From Octopus bimaculoides (lineage: Eukaryota), in contig NC_068989.1 of the NCBI RefSeq assembly GCF_001194135.2, positions 70,370,780-70,434,779 on the forward strand: 64,000 nucleotides of DNA. The letters run 5' to 3'. The first letter of the stretch is position 1, and every line of letters begins with the position of its first letter. This document shows, piece by piece, positions 50,772 through 63,332 of the stretch. Both the position numbers and the translations under genes were made by a program. Under the pieces are notes generated by a model. The model made no database searches and was not told where the DNA came from. It saw only the letters and a program-made list of their open reading frames with translations.

Positions 50772-51451
50772 TACTAGGTGCAAGTATGGTTATGTGGTTA
50801 AGAAGTTTGCTTCCCACCCATATGGTTTTGGGTTCGCACCCAATGCACAGCCTCTTGAGTAAGTGCCTTCTACGGCATCGGTCTAACCAAAGCCATGTGA
50901 GCAGATTTGGTTTGTGTATATATTTGGTTGTGTGTATATGTGTGAAAGTATTTGTGTTTCCTTGTTTAGGTTTTACATGACAGTTACAAATGAGTGTCCT
51001 GTCACACAAGCATTGACCCTGTTTCCAGTCTCTCATGAAAACATGCCCAGCCAAGGGTAAGACATTTTAGGTGCTTACATAGTTGTGTAGTTAAGTTTAC
51101 TTTCCAACCACGTGGTTTCAGGTTCAGTCCATCTTGGGTGTCTCCTACTTTAGCTCTGGGTTGACCAAAACGTTGAGAGTGGATTTAATAGACAAAACTG
51201 AAAGCCTGTTCTGTGCGTGTATGTTTGTGTCTTGACATCACATGATAGTTGTAAATGAGTATCACACTGTCATACAAGCAGTATCATTCATTTCCAATAT
51301 TCTGTAAAAACATCTGGCCATAGAGAAATATTATATTGCTTGGAAACAGGTGAGGATTGGTGACAGGAAAAGCATCTGGTCATAGAAAATCTGCTTCAAT
51401 AAACTTTATTCAACCCATGCAAGCATGGAAAAATGGTGTTAAAATGATGAT
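50772..51451 (+). mobile_element. Two tandem SINE family D copies (50772-51058 3'-truncated; 51069-51451 with RTE tail)
   Basis: Family-B-like tRNA head. The second copy ends caacccatgcaagcatggaaaaatggtgttaaaatgatgat. Confidence 0.75.
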
Positions 51452-52646
51452 ATAGATCCTTTAATGCAAGAAAGTTAACATTGAAAAATCCTTTAAATTG
51501 ATGCAAATTTCTATCCCAAGATCTGATAATATTCTAAATTTGGGGTTACAGAGAGAAGTGTATAGATTTAAAAATCACATCTAATACTTTTATCTTTAAC
51601 AGATTTTGCAGCCATCCACAGTAGTTTCGTATTTTTTAAAATTCTTAACAAATGGTACATAGAATATTTTCGACTGTTAGATATAACAATACTCAAAATG
51701 ACTTCCTGTAGATTTCTTTTTTTTTTGTAATTAAAGTAGGAATGCTCTCCTTTCATGTAAAGGTTTTAAGACTTATCTATTTCAATCATTGATTAATGAA
51801 TTTCAAAATCTAATAGTAAAAATTTTCATTTCTCAATTCCCATCATCCAGTAGTACTTGTTGCTTGAAAAAACACCCATTTCTTTTGTAAGCAAGCAGTC
51901 ATCAGAACTTTGACACTAATATATCCCAATAACAGTTTTAATAATATCCTCTGCATATTTGATTCATTTTCTATAATCCAATGCAAGCTAACATAAGAAA
52001 AACATAAGCATTTAAAACTTGTGAAGAGTTTCTCTTGCAGAAAACAACTCTTGTGCATATACTGTGGTGGGCAGCAACTGATTGAGTAACCCCTAACCGA
52101 TGTTCAAATCTAGCTCCCTATTAAACCAACTGCAATGTTATTCATATTTATAATAGTTGACATGTAACTATAAAATCTGTTTGGAGTAAGTTACAAAAAG
52201 ATTAGTCATTCCTAAAGCTTTCCCCCGAATTATGTAGAGGGTATACAATATTTCTGATATTCAAGACAAGAAAACCCACTAACTTTCTCATCATCTTCAT
52301 TTGCTCTAATTTTTGCTTAATATTTTGGAGCTATTTCAAAATTAACTAAATTATGTATACTATGTGCATGAATAAGAGCCTAAAAAAGATGGAGTCTAAA
52401 TGTCATGTCTATTTAATTGCTACAGAGTCTTTTCAGCAAATCTTACATTTGGTTCATGAGAGGATATTAAAAGGATGAAGAAAGGTAAGATACAAATATT
52501 TCAATTTTGTTGATACACTCCACTCCCACCCCATAAATATTCTAAGTTGTAAACAGTTGCAGCTTTTACTCCAGATAAACATTATAAACAAAGTACTCTT
52601 TTAAATTTAATACTAAATTGCAAAAAGCAGAAAACATAAATAAATA

Positions 52647-53003
52647 AGCACGTGTTGCTTTGAGGTTAAGAAATTTCCTTCTCAGAAACATAGTTTTGGG
52701 TTCAGTCTCACCATATGGCATCTAGGACAAGTATCTTTTACTATCGCCCTAGATTTGGTAGATGGAAGCTGAAAGAAGCCCATTGTATGTGTGTGTGTGT
52801 GTGCTTCCTTTACATCACGTGATACTTGTGTCACTGTCATACAAGCTGTGTTATTCATTTCCAATATTCTGCAAACAAATACCTAACCATGGGGGGAAAT
52901 TACCTTGTTTGGAAATGAGTGAGAGTTGGTGACAGGAAGGGCACCTGGTCATAGAAAATCTGCTTCAATAAACTCTAATAAGTGGATGCTAATATGATGA
53001 TGA
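52647..53003 (+). mobile_element. SINE family D
   Basis: Colinear with 51069-51451. Confidence 0.7.
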
Positions 53004-54939
53004 GCCTAAGCTGTTGAGATTAAATACCAAAATAGTAAAGCTATATGACCTCGCAGATCCTCCTACGTAAATTTTGAAGCTAATCTTTTATTTGAAAAGT
53101 TGCCATCATAGGAGTGTTCAAGCAGGTCATCTCTCTTAAAAAAAATATCTTCAATAAATGAAAACTAAGGCGGATCAATTGTTTGTGAAGGTATCTAGAA
53201 TTTGCTTTACAAAGTAATGTAATTATGTTAAATTCAAAATGCTAATGATGTAAATATTTGGAAAAAAAAAACCTATCCTTACAAAACTTCAGATACACAT
53301 AATGGCTGTTTTATTGCTTACTATTATTATTATTATTTGGATTCATTTCTTAAAATATTTGTTTTGGAATAAATTTGTCATAGAAAATGATTTCATATGA
53401 AATTTATACAAATATTTATACTATTAAAAATTTACTTTTTTTTTTACATCAGAGATGATGTAAATAAAGTAAACCCATTTATCTGTACAGGAAATTTTAT
53501 TTAATTACAAGAATTTTAACTTTTTTTTAATCAACAGAATTAAATTGTAGATTAGGTAAAATTCTATAAATTCTGAAATTTATATACAAAACAAGAGAAT
53601 ACAATTTAAAAGGCTACCTTACTCAAATCAGCAATTAAACCACTGAATAAAAGTTTTATGTAAAGACTAAGGAACAATGAACAAATAGTAATGTCAGCAA
53701 TTTAGTTTCCACATGTTAATAAGTATCCTGTTAACAATGAGCTTGACATTTTCCCTCTGTAATTTTTACACAAATAACATTGATTTCCATCTTATCAGCC
53801 TCCTATGCATCTGCCAGAACCACCTAATAATTTAAACATAATTAGGATCAATAGCCTAGTACAATATTTTATGGCTGAGAAATGATTAGTTGATGTATCT
53901 ATCACCCAATACTTTTCAGTTGGATCTTTATATATTTCTATGTAACATATATCGTGAACAATATAGTATCATTAGTTATAGGTTTAAATAGGCCAACCAC
54001 TGATTCACAACGGTCAGTGACAAGAGAATGCCTATGTAACTCAAAGAATAAATGCAACATTTTTGTTTTAATGCTTTTATTGTTGATGTGTACATACACA
54101 CATTATGGGCTTCTGTAAAATTTCCACCTACCAAAGCACTGGTCAACCTCAGGCTATGAGAGAAGACACCTGCCTAAAGTACTGTACAGTAAGAGCTGAA
54201 TTCTGAACTTATACACATGTTGCGTAGTTAATTATATACCAATTAACTGAATTTTAACAGGTTGATAATTTAATGACATTTTCTTTTAAACTCAATAAAC
54301 TTCATAAATCTTTGGTCTATAATTTTTGAAGTCAAAGTGAATAACTCCAAAATACAAATAAATTTCGCTATATCTAATTTCTTGAGCTATTATCTTTAAA
54401 GATGAAACATTTTAAAATATTTTCATCAACACAATTTTTCTATCTTCAATCACCACCAGATGTCTTATTCCTGGTTGTGTTTAGAGAACAAAACTTAATT
54501 TTAAATAGGAATCTTTATTTCTAAATCAATACTAAGAATGCTCATACACACTATACAATACCCACAGATATACGAGTATCAGTTTAAGAATAAATATGCA
54601 GTTTGTATTTAGCTCAGAAAAATATAGTAGATATAAAGAAATAAGGCACCTGATGATATTCAGAGATCAAACCAATTCAAATGTAATATAGATATAAATA
54701 TTAAAAATAGTTTCACAATGAGGTCCCTAGTCTAAAAAGTTACAATTGTATTAAGCAATAACTAATTTCATATAGTAAACAGTAATAGCCTCTGCTATAT
54801 GTGAAAGATACCTAACAGACCTTCAAAGATTTATTTATTCTTAGTAATGGCAATGAATTCCATTTCACGCTTCTTCAATTAACTATATCTACTTTAAACA
54901 AATACATCTAAGAGTTTGTTGAAGTATCAAATTTGTTCC

Positions 54940-55250
54940 ATGGTCACTCAAGATTCGACTCCATTTTTTGGTTAAGATGCCAGAAGAGAACATGGTAATG
55001 CTTACAGCAGTGATTATACCACTTTGTGGTACATATCTGCAACTGGGCAGTCAAATGCTAAATTTCTTGGTAATGAATACATCACAGCAGTGCTATCAAC
55101 TTAATTATTCATACTTTTACTAGCTATAAATTCCAAAGTAAAAGGAAACACAATTTCAAACTTTTGCAGTACATCCATTGTCCCTTGTAAATTTTACCAG
55201 TACACTTTAAAATCAATGCACTGACCAAGTTACATTTCCAAAATGACAAC
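54940..55250 (-). pseudogene. Possible PIF/Harbinger transposase remnant
   Basis: Minus strand gives GQCIDFK (GAIDGK-like), YKG, YNH and SGILTKKWSRIL (FGILK.RWRIL-like) in the expected order but in broken frames. Confidence 0.3.
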
Positions 55251-55466
55251 CCAACCATCAGCATACATATTCAATCACACTGTTGAATCATGGGGAAGTA
55301 TCATGTGACATAGCTCTGTTTTGGCCAATATCTTGTGAGTAGAAGCCCATCTTTTTTTTTTCTCTTTCTCACACACACATTTATGTCATACCAAAGCAGA
55401 CAACAAAATTTGGTGCAGTCCTCTGGTTTGCCAGTTCCTGTTAAACTGTCCAACCAGACATTAAAT

Positions 55467-55828
55467 GGCATAGATGTGTGGTAAGAAGCTTGCTCCCCCT
55501 ATCACACAGTTCCAGGTTCAGTCCCACTGCATGGCAACTTGGGTAGGTGTCTTCGCAGACCAACCAAAGCCATGTGAATGGATTTAGTAGATGGAAACTG
55601 AAAGAAGCCCCTTGTTTATATATCAACGTTATGCGTCTTTATGTACGTATTTCTCATACACCACCAATTGAACCAGTGTTAGTGTGTTTTTGTTCCTTTA
55701 ACTCAAAGGCCTGGCAAAAGAGACCAATAGAATAAGTACCAGGCTTTAAAAATAAGTATTGGGGACGATTCCTTTGACTAAAAGTTCTTGAAAGCAACGC
55801 CCCAGCATGGCTAAAACAAGTAAAAGAT
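55467..55828 (+). mobile_element. SINE family B, diverged
   Basis: Head gtgtggtaagaagcttgc...ggttcagtcccactgc; tail aacaagtaaaaga. Confidence 0.75.
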
Positions 55829-57689
55829 ACATACACACACACACACACAGAGCTGTATATTGGTATACCTTATATTTTAAGTTTGCAGAAAGAGGTAACC
55901 CTTAAAAAGACATAATCTAAGTGAATCATAGCCATTTTGGTGAATCAATATCGATACACTGAACACTGACTTTTGTAGGTAGTGTCCAGCACAGCTGCAG
56001 TTGAATGATCAAAACCAGACATGAATAAATTTCTGCACAGAAACAGATGTTCTTGACTGTGTTTAACAATTTAATGAGATTATGTAGAACTACAGTATTT
56101 TAAAAATTTCTATACAAGCATTTTTTAAGCATGTATGGGTTGAATGATCCTGTAAATTTGGATAGGAATACAAACCATTTTAAGGTACTGCTAGACAGCT
56201 TACACATGCCCTCATCTCAAGGCAGAAATAATACAATGCTGGAAATCTTTTTTAAACTTATAACCTTTAGACCAGCATTGACTCATAACTCATAGCTGAC
56301 CATATGAGCAACTGAAGATTTTCTAAACCATGTAAATTAAAAATAACTTTCGGTCCTCGTTTACAATGTCCACTGTTGGAATCATGATTGACCAACAATC
56401 TCTATATTGCACATCTATGATTGCTGAGCATAGTTGGTTCTGTTGACAATGCTGTAGATTCAGTGGCTGGAGCTGGTTCAATTCATCCTGGGTAAATGCG
56501 GATACATATTTAAGTAAAGCAATCTAGACAATATTAAGTTGCTTAGCTTGAAACTAAACAAGCTATGATCAAAAGCGCTCAACTTTATAAATCTGTTTTT
56601 TTTTAAGTATAACACATCTAGGACTACATTATTGAACGTGTTCTTCCTTTCTTTTTAAAGACAGCATGGTATGATTTCAGGTGAAGTTGAACAATCATAA
56701 ATGCTCATTTTGGATGAAAGTAGCATTGATAGATTTACTGCCATAATTGTTCTCCATATGATTTTAAGAGCTCATTTGGCAGTCAAGCACTTACGATCCT
56801 AAGAATATCTAACAATAAATCAAGGTTTTAATTGGGGAGAGAGGATTCTTGGGAAAGCAGATGGTGCACGTTTATTGAAAATGCTGAGTTTTGAATTCAG
56901 CTTATGAACTTTGATAAGTTTGGATGCCACAGGAAGAAGATTCTTACATTTTAGGACTGACTTTTTTCATCTGCTGACTACCACCAGCTTTCTAAAAATG
57001 TTTTTCATGTAACATTATATTAGTTTGCAACTCACTGACAGGATAGTTAAGACAGCAACTGAAGGGCCAATACACTTACCTCTCAATGAGCCACAACAAT
57101 TTTTACAAGGCAACATAGCTTACAAATAAGTAAGTGCTGGGTATAAAAATGACGTTTCCTTAACTCATAAAATTGACTTCGACCCAACAAATGGGAGACA
57201 AGCCCATGACCTCTTAGCCTATGTATAAGAGAAAGAAAACATCTTCTGAACTGTGCAAATGTTTTAAAAAAACTACTCCTTACAGTTGTTCAAAAGGAAT
57301 GCTCTTGGTTTGCAAAATATTGATGTGTATTTGTTTGATAAAAGCTCCATCTAATTTTAAATACTCCTTTGAGTCATAGATCAAGGTTAATGAGCTGGAT
57401 CGACAGGTGAAGGCAAAATGCAGTGAAAGAAATTCAGCAAATATTGATACATTTGCAGGAAGGTGAGGTGGAACCAAAAAGCTATAGTTGTATGGTTAAA
57501 AATGCAGTGCTCGGGAAGTACAGTCTTTTACTGTAGCCTCTTGAATGTTAAATTTAGTAAATAGCAACAGTGCAGAAGCCTGTTCTGGCTAAATTCGATT
57601 TTTTTTTTGTCTTCTTTTTCTTTGGAACAGCTTGATGTATTGGTGAACAAACAGCATTGGAGAGCATAAAGACTGAAGTTGTAGTTGAG

Positions 57690-58600
57690 AAAAGATTAGC
57701 TAACATGAAGGTCTAGAAGCCATCTAAATATTGGAAAAGTTACCTGTATAATGATGATCTGCGTTATCAAAATGCCAACATTATGACTACTGCTCAATGA
57801 ACAGTGTAAAGGTTATGTTAGATGCTTCAAGTACACAGCAAGCATTCTGACTGCATCCACATGCAGGAATTCATCCACCAACTGCAAAACAAACTGATGG
57901 AAGATCCAAGCAAGGGAATCCAGATTTTGGTGAGAGATGGATGTTGGAGTTGCTGCCATGAAGCTGGATCTGAATTAAGGACCTTTGTACAAGAGGTGCG
58001 AGGGACAAATTCTGATAGACAAGGCCAAGAACAATCACTTGATGAAAACAAAGAAGTTCCTGAATAAGCTAAGGTACCCTGTTGAGATGGAGATGATTTG
58101 GTTCTTCTCAAATGAAAAGAACTTCTGCCAGTTGCACAATACCCAGAACAGGTGGCTTGACTACAATCCATGTGATGTCCCATGTATCATGAAAACCAAG
58201 TTCCTCAAACTGTGATGGTCTTTAGGTGTCTCCAGTGAGGGTGATGTCCTTCCACCCAACATCTAGTTGGAGAGGGTTGCTGCTGGAAGGGCATGTGTGT
58301 GGCAGTAGGATTTGGCTCTTTGTATACTTTCCCAAAGAGTCAGAAGTAGTTGTTGGAGAATTTCCACGACTTCAACAGCCCCAATTTCTGGCTTCTTAAC
58401 CCCACCCAGTTGTAATTCCATGGATTACTATGTGTGGGGTGTGACTGAGAAATACACCAATTGCACTGCCTGCAACATCAAGGAGGTATTTGAAGATCTT
58501 CTCAGGGACAATGAGGAATGCATGCACCAGATTCTGGAGCTGTCTTGAGGCTGTGGTGGATGCTGAGGAATAAACTTATCTCCCAGTTATAATCTAGTTG
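57690..58600 (+). pseudogene. Tc1/mariner transposase remnant
   Basis: KTKKFLNKL...IWFFSNEKNFCQ..NTQNRWL...DVPCIMKTKF, VMVF...EGDV, and NPPSCNSMDYYVWG (WPP.SPD.NP.DYYVW motif). Frameshifted and stopped. Confidence 0.85.
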
Positions 58601-58619
58601 ATACTTTTTGATTTTTTAA

Positions 58620-58824
58620 CTCTTAGCATTCAGATACTCAAATGTAATGCTTATTTCACTTTGTTTTAAATTAATCATGCATTATCTCATAGCTTCAAGA
58701 TTTTGATACGATTGTGATTTTTAGTGACATTATAAGATAGTTGTGAAAGGCCAGATTTGGCCACTTTAAGCATAAAACACGTAGAATATTTTGGCAGGAT
58801 ATGGCTGATTTAGATGCCTAAAGG
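58620..58824. mobile_element. piggyBac-like MITE
   Basis: TTAA|ctcttagcattcagatac...gatgcctaaagg; the inverse orientation of 17155-17374. Confidence 0.7.
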
Positions 58825-59154
58825 CTAAAATACTTTTATTATTGTATGGGATATTGCGTTTTCTTTTCCTTTTATGCAAATGGTCAAATTTAGTCCGAAC
58901 AATCTGTGTGTGTATGTTGTCAAAAACAACTACTGGGGTTGATATAATCAACTATAATCTCTTGGAAGATATGCTTTCTTCCAATAAATAAAATCAATAA
59001 AGTAGTATTAATTTTTGACATTTCTTGAATATGAATGCACTATGTGTTTCCCACATTTTCTCTTTGAGGCTGAAGGAGCTGTCTGAGAATGTAACACAAA
59101 ATCATTTCAGAAGAATTGTAGCTATTTGCTACTTAGGAAGTTTTTTTAATTTTT

Positions 59155-59305
59155 ATTAATTTGAATTAATCATGCATTATCCCAGCTTAGAGATTTCTAT
59201 GTGATTTTTATAAAATGATATTGTAGGAGAGGTGTGAGAAGCCAGATCTAGCATAAAACAGAATATTTGGGCTGGATATAGCTGGTTTATATGCTAAAGT
59301 GTTAA
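59155..59305. mobile_element. Partial piggyBac-like MITE
   Basis: aattaatcatgcattat...gccagatctagcataaaacagaatatttgggctggatat. Confidence 0.6.
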
Positions 59306-60294
59306 TAAGAGTTTAAGTAGCTTTTACAATCTGAGGTTTTCAGCAACTGGCATAAACAGTGACGTCTTTTTTTTAAATTTTTTCTTGGCATGTACAAAAT
59401 TGTTTTAAATTCTGAAATGATGGTCACTGACTGTTTTTCTCTCTCTCTTTTACGAAGTCTGACAGTGTAACTAACTATAAGAATATGCAACTATACGATC
59501 TTAGCCCAGCTTATAAATCTTCACTTGTTCAGTCAGAATATTGTTGACCATGATGAATATGACAATTAAGTTTTAAATTAGCTTCTAAACGTAACTTTTG
59601 ATACAGAAGCCCTGAAAGTTTAGATAAACAGGCTACTAGAACAAGGCAAACAGCTTTAATGATTATCATTGTTAAAGTGACTGATGACTGCATACTTAAA
59701 TACCTTTTCTTCCATTTTTTGAAAAAAAATTTTTTTTGCCAGAACTAAGAATATTTCTGATGCAAAAAACAAAACAAAAATAATCAATGATATTACATTT
59801 TATTGGTAGATATAGCAACAAAGGTGGAGCCATAAACATGATATATATATACATATATATCCTTTTATTACTATGAGAGTATTAGGAGGCAATACTATTC
59901 CTGAATCCAGCCCTTCTAGAGGCACTAAGCACAAAAAGAATTGAATGAAATAAATATTGATTTTTCTGGCATAGAAACCGTCAGGAGATATCAAGAATAC
60001 TGAATCTCAATGCCAGTTTTGAAAGAGAGGCTCATTAGATAAAACTAGGTAGGTCATCTATTGTATGAAATCTATTCACACTAAAAATCTGAATTATCTT
60101 TAAAAAATTCTAACAGCAAATGTAAAGGACAAATGATAAAATTAAACAAAGGTCTTTATGATTTTAAAATAGCTACCAGCCCATAAAATCTATAAATTAG
60201 CTGTTTGAAAAATCTAAAAAAAAAAAATAAAAAAAAAAGAAATATTAGAAACACAGCTATTTTTTTTGCAAATGAAACCCAACTCATTAATAAG

Positions 60295-60330
<36 letters not shown>
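60295..60330. repeat. Poly(A)36 tract (poly-U on the minus-strand transcript)
   Basis: Seen directly in the sequence. Confidence 0.95.
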
Positions 60331-60333
<3 letters not shown>

Positions 60334-61029
60334 GCAATGTTCCCAGCTCAAATACACACACATAACTTATCTCAGTAAAACCATCTTATAAATAGATATT
60401 GTTGCTTAAAAATATTTCAGCCTGCAATTGTGTATTGTTTTTCAAGTTCTATAAATATTGTTAAGCTAGCTGGATACCGACAAAGTCCAATGTATCACTG
60501 TCTGTTTAAATCTTACCCTTTCATTAGTGTAGGTCAATAAATAGAATATACACACATACACACACAAAAAATGTACACTAAGTTTTTCTAAAAAAAAAAA
60601 AATGTTTTAAAGTATAAAATAATTATGTGGAATATATAGTTAATAAGGATAGTAGTATTTGACTCCACCAGATCATTCTTGTATAGGTAACATGAAAGAA
60701 AATTGTGAGCTTGCCAGTAAGTACACTTTTTAAAAAACAATTACTTGGAAAAGGGGGCATAACACTTTCCTATACTTCCTTAATACATTCATTAGTCTTT
60801 ACTTTTATTCTAAATGTAAAACCATGATTGTGAAATTTACGATCATGCCTTCCAATCCTATATTGGCAATGAATGTCTTATTAGTAGGTCAGATATTTAA
60901 GGCCATCTAATACAAAATTTTCACTTTATTTCAGATATAGACAGCATCAACATGGTAGATTCTGATCTGACATGAAATAAAAACACCATTACCATAATTC
61001 TAGCTACCAACAACAGTTCCTTGAATGTG

Positions 61030-61420
61030 GTTCAGAGTCAGAAAAAGCTGGAGGACTTTAGTGGGGTGTGTGTTATTCATGGCCAGGGAAAAACATTCTT
61101 GGTGATCTGATGCCATGTCAGGATGGTTGAGTTTTCCCACCAAGTCCAGGAGATCAATGTTTTCAAGTTGGTGAATCCACTGTCAGATGTGTAATGGTCA
61201 AGGGCATGAGGTACAAGTCCTACATGATGATGACAGGGTAGTTATAGCAGGCAAGATTGGAGAAGACTGTGAACATGTGACACCCAGCTCTTTGATCTGA
61301 ATCCCCTAGATTGCTGCATTTGTGGTATCATCAAAGGGAGTAGGAATCAACAAGCAGTTCCATGCTGTCAAAAGCTTGCTGAGATTTGGTATTGTTGGTT
61401 ACCTGATCCTTAATGGAGCA
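61030..61420 (+). pseudogene. Older Tc1/mariner transposase remnant
   Basis: ccagctctttgatctgaatcccctagattgctgcatttgtgg resembles PSSPDLNPLDYCIWG; the upstream part resembles the 57690 element. Confidence 0.55.
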
Positions 61421-62011
61421 AAAGGTGGTTTTGTGGAATGACTTGTTTCTTTGATGTTTCTAGTCAAATGTGAGTGTGCCATGTATGGTGGTTTTGTTCA
61501 AAAACGATCAACACACGATTACTTCTAAAACCATGAATGTGTATGTTGTGAGGTGGTGGTAATGCAGAAATGAAAAAGGAATGAGGGCCAACCAGCAGAA
61601 ATCCCCAACCACCATGACAAAAAATTCTTAAATTTAATATAATAGAGAGAGAGAGCAGTAGAATTATAAAAGTAAATGGAAATTATACAATATTGAAAAG
61701 TATGCTTTGAGTCAGACAAAAGAACAATAGTAAACCTCTTGCAAACATCAATTTACATTGGTATAATTTTCACTTTTATTGAGTGGAGTGAATTTCTGAT
61801 GTTTGTCAAAATGACAGTTGCAATTGGAAATTCAGCTATATGAAAATCAACACATGGATCATTCCTCAGGAACAGCAACAGTGCTATTTTAGAAATTGAT
61901 GTTTTCTTAGAGAGACACCAGTACGCAAAGGTATCAATATTTCAGAGACTTAACATTATGGAAAATAAGCTGGGCCAAACTAGTGAAGATGGATGAATCA
62001 TTGATATTTAA

Positions 62012-62194
62012 CACTTTAGCGTTCAGATAACTCTGTAAAATGTAATGCTTATTGATATCGTTTTGCATTAATCATGCATTATCTCATAGCTTTGAGGTTT
62101 CAATGAGGTGATTGTTTATTTAAAAAATTACACTGAGGCAGTTTGAATGTTAAAACAGGTAGAATATTTGGGCTGGATATGGCCAGTTTAAATG
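62012..62194. mobile_element. piggyBac-like MITE, one end truncated
   Basis: TTAA|cactttagcgttcagataac...gggctggatatggccagtttaaatg. Confidence 0.7.
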
Positions 62195-62238
62195 GAGAAA
62201 AAAAACAAGTGTGAAGTAAAAAGAAAATTAAGGGCCTT

Positions 62239-62385
62239 TCATCATCATCACCATCGTTTAACGTCCAGTTTCCATGCTAGCATAGGTTGGACGGTTCAAA
62301 CGGGGTCTGGGAAGCCAGGAGGCTGCACCAGGCTCCAGTCTGATTTGGCAGTTTCTACAGCTGGATGCCCTTCCTAACGCCACAG
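62239..62385 (-). mobile_element. RTE 3'-end copy, short
   Basis: catcatcaccatcgtttaacgtcc...ggatgcccttcctaacgcc. Confidence 0.8.
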
Positions 62386-62879
62386 CATGAAAAAGGGTTC
62401 AACAATTGGTGCAGAGACATGCATACAAATAACAGGTTGTTCCTGGGATCACAGTGGTCCCTAACAAATGGTGTATGGATGGGCTTTGATAAAAACACAC
62501 ATTTGACTAAAACATTCTGGCAAAGAATGCAGAAGCCATGGTAAATAAGTGGTTCAAAATTAAATTACTCTACATAATCAGTGGTTTGATTTTTCTAGGG
62601 CAATACCAGTATGGAACTTAGAAAAGCATTTAATCATTTTGTTAAACAAGCTGGTAGCAGTCTTTTTGGTCATTGCTGAAGAATTGTAATACTGTGCTGT
62701 GGACCAGCTTGGTTGTCATAAAGGATATTTTGGGTTCAATTAAGAATTGTATCGTTGTTTAGAATTTTAGATGCTTCTTCATATTCAAGTGTTTACCTTG
62801 TTTAAGGCAAGTCATTTTCCTACAAAATAGAACCATTAAGAAATAAAATAAAGAGTATAGTGTCAGCTAGACACTTTAA

Positions 62880-63065
62880 CTCTTTAGCATTCAGATTATT
62901 CTATCAAATGCAACTTATTTGTTCACATTATTTTGAATTTATTTTGCAATTGTTTAGTTTTAGACTAACAATGTAGGTTAGGTGTGAGAGGCTGAATCTG
63001 GCCAGGTTGAACATAAAACAGGAAGGATATTTGAGCCAGATGTGGCCAGTTTAAATGCTAAATGG
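62880..63065. mobile_element. piggyBac-like MITE flanked by TTAA on both sides
   Basis: TTAA 62876-79, ctctttagcattcag...tttaaatgctaaatgg, TTAA 63066-69. Confidence 0.8.
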
Positions 63066-63118
63066 TTAAAAAAAATCCAGTGTGACTGTTTATCTTATAT
63101 ACAATTGTTACTCATTAA

Positions 63119-63332
63119 CCCTTTAGCATTTAAACAGGCTATAACCCAGCTCAAATATTCTACCGGTTTTATGCTCTAACTGGCTAGATCTAGTTTCTCA
63201 CACCAACCCTACAATATCATTCTAAAAAATAATCATATCATTGAAATGTCAAAGCTATGTGGTAATGCACAAGTAATTCAAAACAAAATAAATAAACATC
63301 AAATTTGACAGAGTAATCTGAATGCTAATGGG
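63119..63332. mobile_element. piggyBac-like MITE, opposite orientation to 62880-63065
   Basis: TTAA 63115-18, ccctttagcatttaaa...gagtaatctgaatgctaatggg, TTTA. Confidence 0.8.

Noticed and set aside
56270-56510. Longish open frames on both strands
   Set aside because: No consistent splice sites or recognisable motif; probably a decayed element.
57080-57212. Minus-strand GAG|GTAAGT donor with an upstream open frame (LRGHGLVSHLLGRSQFYEL...)
   Set aside because: The frame closes before the donor, and the sequence resembles a decayed SINE head.
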